NCBI GenBank assembly: GCA_045586225.1
Contig: JAZMZX010000101.1
Coordinates: 1 to 50,058 of the forward strand
DNA length: 50,058 nucleotides
Direction of reading: 5' to 3'
From: Eubacteriales bacterium
GTDB taxonomy: Bacteria > Bacillota > Clostridia > Oscillospirales > CAG-272
Shown here: positions 1 to 8,234 of the stretch, piece by piece
Layout of the letters: each line of letters opens with the position of its first letter
How positions within the stretch are numbered: the first letter of the stretch is position 1
The notes under the pieces: generated by a model
Databases searched by the model: none
What the model was told of the DNA's origin: nothing
Seen by the model: only the letters and a program-made list of their open reading frames with translations
Program-made: the position numbers and the translations under genes

Positions 1-1013
1 GCCTCTTCAATATCGTTCGCCGCCCCTGTAGTGACCGAGCCGAATGCAACTTCCTCGGCAGCTCTGCCTGCCCCGAGGATGTGAATGGCGTCAAGGTCGG
101 AAATGTCGCATTTTGCAAGCGACACGGCTTCTTCCATAATATTCGTGTAATAATCGATGTGCTGAGCCTTCGGGAAAAGACGCGGCATCGTTTCGATCAT
201 GTCATTCACAGCGGTGAGAAGGGATACGTCTTTATCGTGAGAGACAAGATGAATGATATGCGCCAGACCTGCCGCAGGAATGTAACCAAGCTCGTGCCCG
301 TGTGTTATTGCCGCCGATTCTGCCGCTATCATATCGACGTCCTCGATTGATAGGTCTTTATCGCCAAAATATATGCCGATCGGTGCCACGCGCATAACGC
401 CTCCGCATCCTTTGCTGACGTTGATAGGCTCGTCCATCGTTCCTTTAACTCCGCGCAGATATGAAGACAGCGCTGAAAGACAGGTGTTTCCCGGTGCGCG
501 TCGGGCAAACAACTCGGGAATGTTTACCAGCCATGAACAGTGATATGGATCGCTTAGCGGATAGGTTTCCGCTTGCGTCCTGACCCATTCACCGTAGCAG
601 GCAGCTATGTAGTCCGAGTATTTACCCATTACGCCGCGTGTGATCCCTCGTGTCGTTCCCAACAAAAGACCGTTTGCGGTGAAGAGTGTCATTTGCGTAT
701 CGTCCGAGATCTGCGCCACCCCGTCGATGAGGGAGTATTCCGTTATGCCCGATTCTCCGTAGTGCTTTTTGATAGCTTCTTCGCACATAAATTCAATGGC
801 ATACCCCAAAGCGTCGCCCACAGCGCCGCCGACCATGCATCCGCGGTATTTATCCAAAAGCTTTTGCGGCGACTCGTTTAATTCTTCTTTTTTCGTTAAG
901 TTTTCTGCGCTTACGCGTCTTGTTACCGCTCTATCGAAATCCTCGTCGAAGGGGCAGTCCGGCACGGTGCCGTACGTGTCGGTGCAATATTCGAGAAATT
1001 CCTGCTTTTTCAT
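1..1013 (-). CDS. ADP-ribosylglycohydrolase family protein, apparently chimeric; 3' end runs off the window
   Basis: Absent from the ORF track. Manual translation from ATG 1013 (RBS GAGAGG at 1021-1026) found no stop before position 1. ARH motifs: GGAVGDALGYAIEF, ISDDTQMTLFTA, RRAPGNTCLSAL, SKGCGGVMRVAP, AAITHGH. The window ends in LGAGRAAEEVAFGSVTTGAANDIEE. Confidence 0.88.
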   Translation of the reverse strand, partial: MKKQEFLEYCTDTYGTVPDCPFDEDFDRAVTRRVSAENLTKKEELNESPQKLLDKYRGCMVGGAVGDALGYAIEFMCEEAIKKHYGESGITEYSLIDGVAQISDDTQMTLFTANGLLLGTTRGITRGVMGKYSDYIAACYGEWVRTQAETYPLSDPYHCSWLVNIPELFARRAPGNTCLSALSSYLRGVKGTMDEPINVSKGCGGVMRVAPIGIYFGDKDLSIEDVDMIAAESAAITHGHELGYIPAAGLAHIIHLVSHDKDVSLLTAVNDMIETMPRLFPKAQHIDYYTNIMEEAVSLAKCDISDLDAIHILGAGRAAEEVAFGSVTTGAANDIEE

Positions 1014-1045
1014 AGGTGAGCCTCTCTTTTATGGTCTTTACGGAT

Positions 1046-1074
1046 ATTGTAGTCCGATTCCGCGGCAAAGTCAA
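1046..1074 (-). promoter_or_regulatory. sigma-A-type promoter for the ARH gene
   Basis: Minus strand reads TTGACT-17 nt-TACAAT. Confidence 0.65.
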
Positions 1075-1089
1075 TGTTTCCGCCGCAGC

Positions 1090-1123
1090 AAAAAAGGAAC
1101 CGCTTCGGTGCGGTTCCTTTTTT
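1090..1123. terminator. intrinsic terminator after the P-II gene
   Basis: AAAAAAGGAACCGC-TTCGGT-GCGGTTCCTTTTTT hairpin flanked by A/T tracts. Confidence 0.85.
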
Positions 1124-1124
1124 A

Positions 1125-1457
1125 TTAATCCTTTATGTTGATCTCGGGGGCGAGACCGGCAGCCTCGGAAACGGGCAGGGAAAATACGATGCCCTGCGCC
1201 TTCTGCTGCATACCCATCTTTTTATAGAGGGCAGAAAGGATGCGGTCGCGGTGCTCCTTTTCGACAACGAGCATAAGGATCTCCTTTTCCGCATGAACGG
1301 TGATGCCGAAGAAGGTGGCTTCCTTTTCACGGGCGACGCCGCGTCCGCTGATGATGGTGCCGCCGCGGGCACCCTCCTCACGGGCGACCTGCATAGCATC
1401 CTCTGCGTAGCCGGCGTTGACTATCGCGAATATAACCTCATGATTGTTAACTGTCAT
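1125..1457 (-). CDS. P-II family regulator (DUF1538-associated type)
   Basis: 110 aa with GARGGTIISGRG, EKEILMLVV and GIVFSLPV P-II-like motifs. Confidence 0.85.
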   Translation of the reverse strand: MTVNNHEVIFAIVNAGYAEDAMQVAREEGARGGTIISGRGVAREKEATFFGITVHAEKEILMLVVEKEHRDRILSALYKKMGMQQKAQGIVFSLPVSEAAGLAPEINIKD

Positions 1458-1459
1458 AA

Positions 1460-1828
1460 TTAGTCCTCCCTGCCTTGCTTGTTATTGCTCAGGAACTGAT
1501 ACATATTCACTCCGATAACGCTGGAGAGCGGCACGGCAATGGCGATGCCCTTGCCATTTTTGATCGTTTCGAACTTATCTTCGAGGGTCCTGATGACTGT
1601 AGCTGCCATGTCGTCGCGCACGATGCTGAGGATAACGGATTTGTTTACGTTGAGTCCCAGCATTTTCACGATCTCGGAGTGAGCGGTGCCTTTACCGCCG
1701 GTGACCATCTGAAAGTTCACTTCAAACTGGCTCAGTATGTCCAGATAGAATTCGGTTTTTGCGCGATCCACCACAGTGATCACGAGCTTCAGCTTTTTTA
1801 TTGCCGATTCGTTGATTGAATTTGCCAC
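1460..1828 (-). CDS. P-II-like protein
   Basis: 122 aa with KLVITVVDR, GKGTA and GKGIAIAVPLSSVIG; tandem with the other P-II gene. Confidence 0.8.
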   Translation of the reverse strand: MANSINESAIKKLKLVITVVDRAKTEFYLDILSQFEVNFQMVTGGKGTAHSEIVKMLGLNVNKSVILSIVRDDMAATVIRTLEDKFETIKNGKGIAIAVPLSSVIGVNMYQFLSNNKQGRED

Positions 1829-1839
1829 GGTCTGCCTCC

Positions 1840-3363
1840 TTACATGAAATTGATGATCTGCTCGTCCTCAGCCTCAAGGATGCGCTTCATAGCGCGGACT
1901 TCCTTGATCTTGTTTGACACGATGGCTTTGAATCCCAGAAGCTGAATAGTGATAAGGGGTGCCATTGCAACGAGGGCAACGACGCCGAAGCCGCAGCGCA
2001 GCACAGCGGATTCACCCTGCAGCGCCACACAGACGCCGATGGCGAAGGGGAGTATGAAGCCCGACGTCATGGGACCGCTGGCAACTCCGCCCGAGTCGAA
2101 GGCGATGGCGGTGTACACGGGAGGCACGAAAAGGGAAAGGGCCAGCGAGATAAAATATCCGGGGATTATGTAGTATACGAGGGAGAAATCGAAGATGATA
2201 CGGATCATAGAAAGGGCGATGGCGGCACCCACTCCGGCAGAAAGCCCCATCATCATGGATCTCTTTTTCACGTAGCCGCCCGTAACGTCCTCGACCTGTG
2301 CGTTGAGCACGTGGATGGCGGGCTCTGCCAGAACCACGAGAACGCCCATGAGAAGACCCAGACCCACAATGTAGGGGGTGGAAAGGGTGGAAAGCTCGGT
2401 GCCGAGCTTATAGCCGATGGGCATATATCCCACGTTTACGCCTGTCAGGAACATAACGAGGCCAACGTAGGTGAATACAACGCCGACTCCGATGCCGAGA
2501 AGCTGCTTTCCCGGAAGCTTGAGAAAGAAGAACTGGCAAAGCATAAAGAAGAGGACGATGAGACCGAGAGCCACAGCCACCTCCTTTGCCACGTGAGATG
2601 CATTTTCAAGATACGCGTCGGCGACGTTTTCGCCCACGCTGCCGTAGCTTACGGTGTATCCAAGCCCGCTGCGGGCGAAGATTCCCAGCACCGTAACGGC
2701 GAGAATAGGTCCGATGGAGCAAAGTGCAACGAGACCGAAGCTGTTTTCCTGGCTGCGGCGGTCGCCGAGAACGTGCGAGATACCGACGCCGAGAGCCATG
2801 ATAAAGGGAACGGTTATGGGACCCGTAGTCACGCCGCCCGAATCGAAGGCCATGGGGAGAAGGTCAAGCTTTTCGTTTATGGCGAGGATGAGCGCCAGGG
2901 AGAAAAGGAGCATATAGAAAAGCATCAGTATCACGGAGAGGCGGCGCTTGAAGATGATGCGCAGGATAGCAACGATCAGAAAGGCGCCCACGCCGAGACC
3001 GACGGTATATACGAGGAGCTTGCCGTTCATAACGGAGCTTACCTGATTTGCAAGGACCTGAAGGTCGGGCTCGGCAATGGTGATGAGCATGCCAAGCACG
3101 AAGCACACGGCCAAAAGCCAGCCAATGCTTTTCTGCTTTGAAAGGCCGGAGCCCACGTGGGTTCCCATAGGTGTCATTGCGATGTCGGCACCGAGATTGA
3201 AGAGTCCGATGCCGATTATGAGGAGTACGGCTCCCACAGTGAAGGATAACAGCTCGTAACGGTTAAAGGAAAATCCGGGGAGAAGCGCCAGAAGATAAAC
3301 AAGAAGTGTGATCGGCAGTGCCGAAACAAGCGCCTCGCGGATCTTCGCCCGTAATTCTTTCAA
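1840..3363 (-). CDS. DUF1538 membrane protein (two fused repeats)
   Basis: 507 aa and hydrophobic; duplicated motifs TIAEPDL/LAEPAI and AFDSGGVTTGPIT/AFDSGGVASGPMT. Confidence 0.88.
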   Translation of the reverse strand: MKELRAKIREALVSALPITLLVYLLALLPGFSFNRYELLSFTVGAVLLIIGIGLFNLGADIAMTPMGTHVGSGLSKQKSIGWLLAVCFVLGMLITIAEPDLQVLANQVSSVMNGKLLVYTVGLGVGAFLIVAILRIIFKRRLSVILMLFYMLLFSLALILAINEKLDLLPMAFDSGGVTTGPITVPFIMALGVGISHVLGDRRSQENSFGLVALCSIGPILAVTVLGIFARSGLGYTVSYGSVGENVADAYLENASHVAKEVAVALGLIVLFFMLCQFFFLKLPGKQLLGIGVGVVFTYVGLVMFLTGVNVGYMPIGYKLGTELSTLSTPYIVGLGLLMGVLVVLAEPAIHVLNAQVEDVTGGYVKKRSMMMGLSAGVGAAIALSMIRIIFDFSLVYYIIPGYFISLALSLFVPPVYTAIAFDSGGVASGPMTSGFILPFAIGVCVALQGESAVLRCGFGVVALVAMAPLITIQLLGFKAIVSNKIKEVRAMKRILEAEDEQIINFM

Positions 3364-3612
3364 ATGAATTCACCTGCCCTTAATCATCATATTAATCAAT
3401 ACTATAAATAGGAACGAAAATTACCGTTTATTATTAGACCATAACAGTATAACATAAAACCGCGAACAAAACAAGGTATAAAAGTGCGCCCGTAATATGG
3501 GAGGGGGAGGTCTTTTTCTGCGGAATTTGACCCGTACTTGATTTTTTCGCCGATTTGGTGCATAATTATATCAATGTTTGAGTAAAAAATCATCAAAGAC
3601 AGGAAAAGAGCT

Positions 3613-4878
3613 ATGACTAACGAGAAAAGATCAAAGAAAAACGACTCTGTCAGCGCTCCCGGCGACACAAGCACCACCGTTGTGCGCAAATGCGACAGGA
3701 TCCTTCTGGCGATCCTCTACACCGCGCTTCGCGTGTACTATTTCTTCTGCGGCGTGAAGATCAGAAACGTATCGGAAACGAAGGTCACACCCGAAGCGCC
3801 CTCGATAATCCTTTGCAACCACGGCTCCTTCATTGATTTCATCTTTGCGGAAGCCGTTCTGCGGAAAAATCACCCCCACTTCATTGCGGCGCGACTGTAT
3901 TTTTACCACAGAGTGCTTGGCGGTCTTTTAAGACGGCTCGGAGTTTTTCCGAAAAGCATGTTTGCCTCCGACATTGAGAGCACGAAGAACTGCCTGAAGG
4001 TGCTGGGCGGCGGTGAGATACTTGCAATGATGCCCGAGGCGCGGCTTTCAACGGCGGGACGCTTTGAGGATATCCAGCCCTCCACCTTTTCATTTCTGAA
4101 AAAGTCCGGCGTGCCTATCTACACCGTTAAGTTCAGCGGCGATTACTTTGCCGACCCCAAATGGGGCAACGGACCCAGACGCGGCGCCCTTGTGGAGGTG
4201 GAGCTCAGCCTTCTTTTAACGGCGGATGAGGTGCGTGCCAAATCGCCGGACGAGATAAAGGCAGCTGTGGAAGCGAAGCTTTACTACGATGAATTTGAAT
4301 GGCTGAAGACCCGTCCCCGGGTCAGATACCGCTCGAAAAAGCTGGCGGAGGGGCTCCATAATATTCTCGCTGTTTGCCCGGTATGCGGCGAAAAGCACAC
4401 TCTCAGCACGAAAAAACGCAGCATTTACTGCAAAAACTGCGGCAAGCTCACAGAGCTTGACGACAGATACGGCTTTGCGCCGGGATTCCGCTTTGAAAAT
4501 TTCGGTGAGTGGTACGATTGGCAGAAGTCGGTCATTGAGGACGCGATCCTCAGCGACGGGGACTATACCCTCAGCTCTCCCGTTGAGCTTCGCCTGCCCG
4601 GAAACGGCAGCACCCTGACGCGATACGCGGGCAGGGGAGTGTGCACCCTTAGCAAAAGCGGCCTCTGCTACGTGGGCGAGCGCGACGGCGAGCATTATGA
4701 GGTCAGCTTCCCAATCGAGCGGGTATATCGGCTCCTTTTCGGTGCCGGCGTGAATTTTGAGATATATAACGGAAAAGAGATACTTTTCTTCGTTCCTGAC
4801 GTGAAGCAGTCCTCGGTCGAGTGGTACATCTCCTCTATGATAATGTACGACCGTGCCGCGGAGGAAGCACGTCTCTGA
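3613..4878 (+). CDS. PlsC-like glycerolipid acyltransferase with C-terminal extension
   Basis: NHGSFID (HX4D) and MPEAR motifs; CPVC..CKNC putative Zn ribbon; RBS-like AGGA upstream. Confidence 0.8.
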   Translation: MTNEKRSKKNDSVSAPGDTSTTVVRKCDRILLAILYTALRVYYFFCGVKIRNVSETKVTPEAPSIILCNHGSFIDFIFAEAVLRKNHPHFIAARLYFYHRVLGGLLRRLGVFPKSMFASDIESTKNCLKVLGGGEILAMMPEARLSTAGRFEDIQPSTFSFLKKSGVPIYTVKFSGDYFADPKWGNGPRRGALVEVELSLLLTADEVRAKSPDEIKAAVEAKLYYDEFEWLKTRPRVRYRSKKLAEGLHNILAVCPVCGEKHTLSTKKRSIYCKNCGKLTELDDRYGFAPGFRFENFGEWYDWQKSVIEDAILSDGDYTLSSPVELRLPGNGSTLTRYAGRGVCTLSKSGLCYVGERDGEHYEVSFPIERVYRLLFGAGVNFEIYNGKEILFFVPDVKQSSVEWYISSMIMYDRAAEEARL

Positions 4879-4897
4879 CGGGAAAGGAGCGACAACT

Positions 4898-6355
4898 ATG
4901 GCTACTCTTGAAAAGACGAAAAACACCGCGGAAAAGGAAAAAGCCTTTTCCACCATAAACGCAAGAGCGTTCATCACCGTTCTTATTATTCTTTCGCTTA
5001 TACTTATCCTTTGCAGTCTTCTTTCATACGTGGTGCCCCGCGGTGCATACGAAAGAGACGATGACGGCGCCATAATCATGGGCACCTATAATGAGCAGGG
5101 AATAAAGGGCATATCATTTCTCAGGGTGATAACGGCACCTCTTCGCGTGTTCGTTTCCTCCGATGCCGTGACGATAATAATGATAAGCGTTTTTTTGCTT
5201 ATCATGAGCGGCGTTTTCAACGTGGTTGAAAAAACGGGCGGCATTGAGATATTCATCGTCCGTATCATGCACAGGCTCCGCGACAAGGGCGGTCCTGTGG
5301 TCTGCATCACGGTTCTGATATTTATGCTTTTCGGCAGCCTTTTCGGCATGTTCGAGGAGCTCGTCACTCTGCTTCCCCTTATAATAGTGTTCATGCTCTC
5401 CATGAATATGGACACGATGATGGGCCTCGGCGCCTGCCTTTTAGCCTCCTGCTTCGGCTTTTCCGCTGCTATAGCGAATCCCTTTTCTGTGGGCATCGCT
5501 TCTCAGTATGCGGGAGTGCAGCCCTCTGAGGGCACGTGGCTTAGGGTAGTGTTCTTCATTATCGTGTACGTTATCGTGTGCGCGTTTCTTATGCTGTATC
5601 TTAAAAAGATCGAGCGCGATCCCACGGCATCTCCCACCTATGAATCGGATCTTATAAGACGTGCAGGTCTGACGGAGGACAAAACGGACCACTACGACAA
5701 GGAGCACGGGCTGATATTCAAGGTGTATCTGAGCTTTTTTGCTCTGCAAGGGATCATTCTTCTGGCTATTGCCTCCATCCGCGCCATTTCGGGCTTCGCG
5801 ATACCGATACTGGCGGCAAGCTTCCTTATTTTCGGTCTTGCATCGGGATTTATCGTTTCGAAGAAGCCGAAAAGCGTTATAAGATATTTTATCAGCGGTG
5901 CCGGTGCAATGCTGCCCGCGGTTTTGCTTATAGCCCTTGCCTCCTCCGTGAAGCTCGTAATGGAGGAAAGCGGCATCATCGACACAATAATGCACTTCGT
6001 TTTGCAGGTGCTTGAGGGCAAGAGCAAGCTCGTTGCCGTTATCCTGATATATTTCCTCATACTTTTCCTTCAGCTCTTTATCGGGTCGGCAACGGCGAAG
6101 ATAATCCTCGTTATGCCCATTATCATCCCCATCGCGGCGGCATTGAACATATCGCCCACGCTCGTGATACTGACCTACTGCATGGCAGACGGCTTCACAG
6201 ACGTTATCATGCCCACAAATCCGGTGCTTCTCATCGGTCTTTCCATGGCAAACGTCTCCTATTTGAAGTGGGTAAAATGGACGTGGAAGCTTCAGCTTCT
6301 GGTGTTTGCCGTTTCCCTCCTGGTGCTCTTCTTCGGAGTGTCGGTTGGATATTAA
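4898..6355 (+). CDS. YfcC/DcuC-like transporter
   Basis: Polytopic protein with VVPRGAYER, GMFEE, NPFSVGIA and DGFTDVIMPTNP; RBS AAAGGAG precedes ATG 4898. Confidence 0.8.
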   Translation: MATLEKTKNTAEKEKAFSTINARAFITVLIILSLILILCSLLSYVVPRGAYERDDDGAIIMGTYNEQGIKGISFLRVITAPLRVFVSSDAVTIIMISVFLLIMSGVFNVVEKTGGIEIFIVRIMHRLRDKGGPVVCITVLIFMLFGSLFGMFEELVTLLPLIIVFMLSMNMDTMMGLGACLLASCFGFSAAIANPFSVGIASQYAGVQPSEGTWLRVVFFIIVYVIVCAFLMLYLKKIERDPTASPTYESDLIRRAGLTEDKTDHYDKEHGLIFKVYLSFFALQGIILLAIASIRAISGFAIPILAASFLIFGLASGFIVSKKPKSVIRYFISGAGAMLPAVLLIALASSVKLVMEESGIIDTIMHFVLQVLEGKSKLVAVILIYFLILFLQLFIGSATAKIILVMPIIIPIAAALNISPTLVILTYCMADGFTDVIMPTNPVLLIGLSMANVSYLKWVKWTWKLQLLVFAVSLLVLFFGVSVGY

Positions 6356-6383
6356 AAAATTGCGACCATAAGGTCGTGTACCG

Positions 6384-6419
6384 AAAAAAAGAAGCGCGAA
6401 AATTTCGCGCTTCTTTTTT
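6384..6419. terminator. bidirectional intrinsic terminator
   Basis: AAAAAAAGAAGCGCGAAA-A-TTTCGCGCTTCTTTTTT. Confidence 0.85.
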
Positions 6420-6473
6420 GCCTGAGCGGAGTATTTTAAATCGGGATCACGGTCTATATGAAAAAGCCGGGTC

Positions 6474-6670
6474 TCAGAGGCCGAATACAAGGTCGTCGCC
6501 ATCCGTTTCGGGTAATTTCTCAAAGCCCGGGGACGCGTACAATTCCTGCGCCTTCGTGTTATGCGCCTCCGTTGCCAATTTGATGCCCATGCGGGGGCGG
6601 CGAGCCGAAGAATGCGCACCGCAAGCCATGCTGCCTCTCTGCCATAGCCCTTGCCCTGCTTTCGCAGCAT
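6474..6670 (-). pseudogene. GNAT N-acetyltransferase remnant (C-terminal ~65 codons, frameshifted)
   Basis: One frame gives KQGKGYGREAAWLAVRILR (acetyl-CoA motif A). After a frameshift near 6592 it reads GIKLATEAHNTKAQELYASPGFEKLPETDGDDLVFGL* (N-x2-A-x2-LY-x3-GF motif B). No N-terminal half. Confidence 0.75.
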
Positions 6671-6769
6671 CGGGCTTTTTTGGTTTTTTCGTTGAAAAAT
6701 CCCGCGCTTTGTGATAATATATACCTCAGTTTGCGGCTTTCGCCGCGAAAAAGGACGGAACAGATCATT

Positions 6770-7453
6770 ATGAAAAAAAGAACGTTTTCAACGGAGATGG
6801 CATATATAGCTGCCGTTGTTCTCATGGCCGTCGGCACGGCGCTGACGGAGAGGGCGGCTCTCGGCGTTTCCATGGTGGTGGCGCCTGCGTATCTTCTTCA
6901 CCTGAAGGTTTCGGAGGTATTTGAATTTTTCAGCTTCGGCATGGCGGGCTACACCCTGCAGGCGGTGCTTTTGCTGGTTATGATGGCGGTGCTTCGCCGC
7001 GGCAAGATATCGTATCTTTTCTCCTTCGTTACGGCGGTGGTCTTCGGCTTCACGCTTGATGGCGTGATCGCGGTGCTGGGGCTTTTCCCCGAAACGGAGC
7101 TTCTCGTTTTCCGTATACTGCTTTACCTTATCGGCATATCAACGGTGTCGGCAGGCGTGTCATTAATGTTTCACACCTACATTCCTCCTGAGGTATACGA
7201 CCTTTTCGTGAAGGAGGTAACGTCGGTGAAGGGACTGAACGTGACGAAATTCAAAACCGCCTACGACTGCATCAGCTGCCTTCTCAGCATTGCCCTTTCC
7301 TTCATCTTTTTCGGTGAATGGAGGCTTTCTGCCGTTGGCTTCGGCACGGTTTTCTGCGCATTTGTGAACGGCTCGCTCATCGGCGGCTTTTCGAAATTCT
7401 TCGAAAAGCACTGGGAATTCCGCGACGCCCTCCCCCTGCGCAAATATTTCTGA
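6770..7453 (+). CDS. YczE/YyaS/YitT (DUF6198-like) membrane protein
   Basis: LGVSMVVAPAY, PPEVYDLFV, FKTAYD and VGFGTVFCAFVNG motifs; start ATG 6770 follows AAGGA. Confidence 0.8.
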   Translation: MKKRTFSTEMAYIAAVVLMAVGTALTERAALGVSMVVAPAYLLHLKVSEVFEFFSFGMAGYTLQAVLLLVMMAVLRRGKISYLFSFVTAVVFGFTLDGVIAVLGLFPETELLVFRILLYLIGISTVSAGVSLMFHTYIPPEVYDLFVKEVTSVKGLNVTKFKTAYDCISCLLSIALSFIFFGEWRLSAVGFGTVFCAFVNGSLIGGFSKFFEKHWEFRDALPLRKYF

Positions 7454-7456
7454 AAT

Positions 7457-7486
7457 AAAAAACGACCCGAAACGGGTCGTTTTTTT
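7457..7486. terminator. bidirectional terminator between convergent genes
   Basis: AAAAAACGACCCG-AAA-CGGGTCGTTTTTT. Confidence 0.85.
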
Positions 7487-7495
7487 GTGTGAGCG

Positions 7496-8143
7496 TTATT
7501 TCTTTCTCTTGTTATAGTCCTCGTCGATGCGGGCCTTCCAGCCGGCGGACAACGGCGCTTTTCTGCGTACGGTGCTGATGGCATCGCTCATCACCTCGTA
7601 ATTGAGGGCAGTACCCGCCTTGTCGCTGTGGAAATTCACGGCGCGGTCGCTGCCGATTCCGAAATGCTTCGCCGTTTCAACGGCATCGATGTTGGCGCCC
7701 AGGAAGAGAAACTCCCAATCGTGCTTTTTCTTTTGCTTTTCGATCATAGCCTTCACTTTGCTGCTTGTGTAGCGGTGGCTGGCATTTTCCATTCCGTCGG
7801 TGGTGATGATGAAAACAGTGCGCTCGGGCACGTCCTCGGGACGCGCATATTTGTGAACGTTTCCGATGTGGTGGATGGCGGAGCCAATGGCGTCGATGAG
7901 GGCGGTGCTGCCGCGCACAACGTAATCGCGGTCGGTGAGGGGCTCGACCTCCGAGATGGGAAGGCGGTCGTGGAGCACGAGGCTTTCGTGGTCGAAAAGC
8001 ACCGTTGAAACGAGACATTCGCCCGCCTCGGATTTCTGCTTTTTCAGCATGGAGTTGAAGCCGCCGACGGTGTCTTCCTCAAGTCCGGACATGGAGCCGC
8101 TTCTGTCAAGGATAAATACAAGCTCTGTAAGATTCTTTTTCAT
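7496..8143 (-). CDS. stand-alone vWA domain protein
   Basis: MIDAS elements FILDRSGSM, TALIDAIG and ITTDGMEN. Confidence 0.9.
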   Translation of the reverse strand: MKKNLTELVFILDRSGSMSGLEEDTVGGFNSMLKKQKSEAGECLVSTVLFDHESLVLHDRLPISEVEPLTDRDYVVRGSTALIDAIGSAIHHIGNVHKYARPEDVPERTVFIITTDGMENASHRYTSSKVKAMIEKQKKKHDWEFLFLGANIDAVETAKHFGIGSDRAVNFHSDKAGTALNYEVMSDAISTVRRKAPLSAGWKARIDEDYNKRKK

Positions 8144-8174
8144 TGAAAATACCTCTCTTTCGTTTTCTGATCAC

Positions 8175-8218
8175 ATTTTATCAGAACGAAAGAGAAGCAT
8201 GGTCGCCTGCGAGGCGAC
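8175..8218 (-). promoter_or_regulatory. extended -10 promoter of the vWA gene with an upstream 7-3-7 palindrome
   Basis: TGnTAAAAT with -10 at 8175-8180 and no recognisable -35; GTCGCCT-GCG-AGGCGAC at 8202-8218. Confidence 0.55.
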
Positions 8219-8234
8219 ATTTTTTCTGTGCTTA

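Noticed and set aside
81-1128. Plus-strand ORFs 81..350, 573..881 and 769..1128
   Set aside because: They are antisense to the motif-bearing ARH ORF.
6421-6700. Possible structured ncRNA (6S, SRP or tmRNA) in the long gap
   Set aside because: No diagnostic motifs; the region is better explained as a GNAT remnant.
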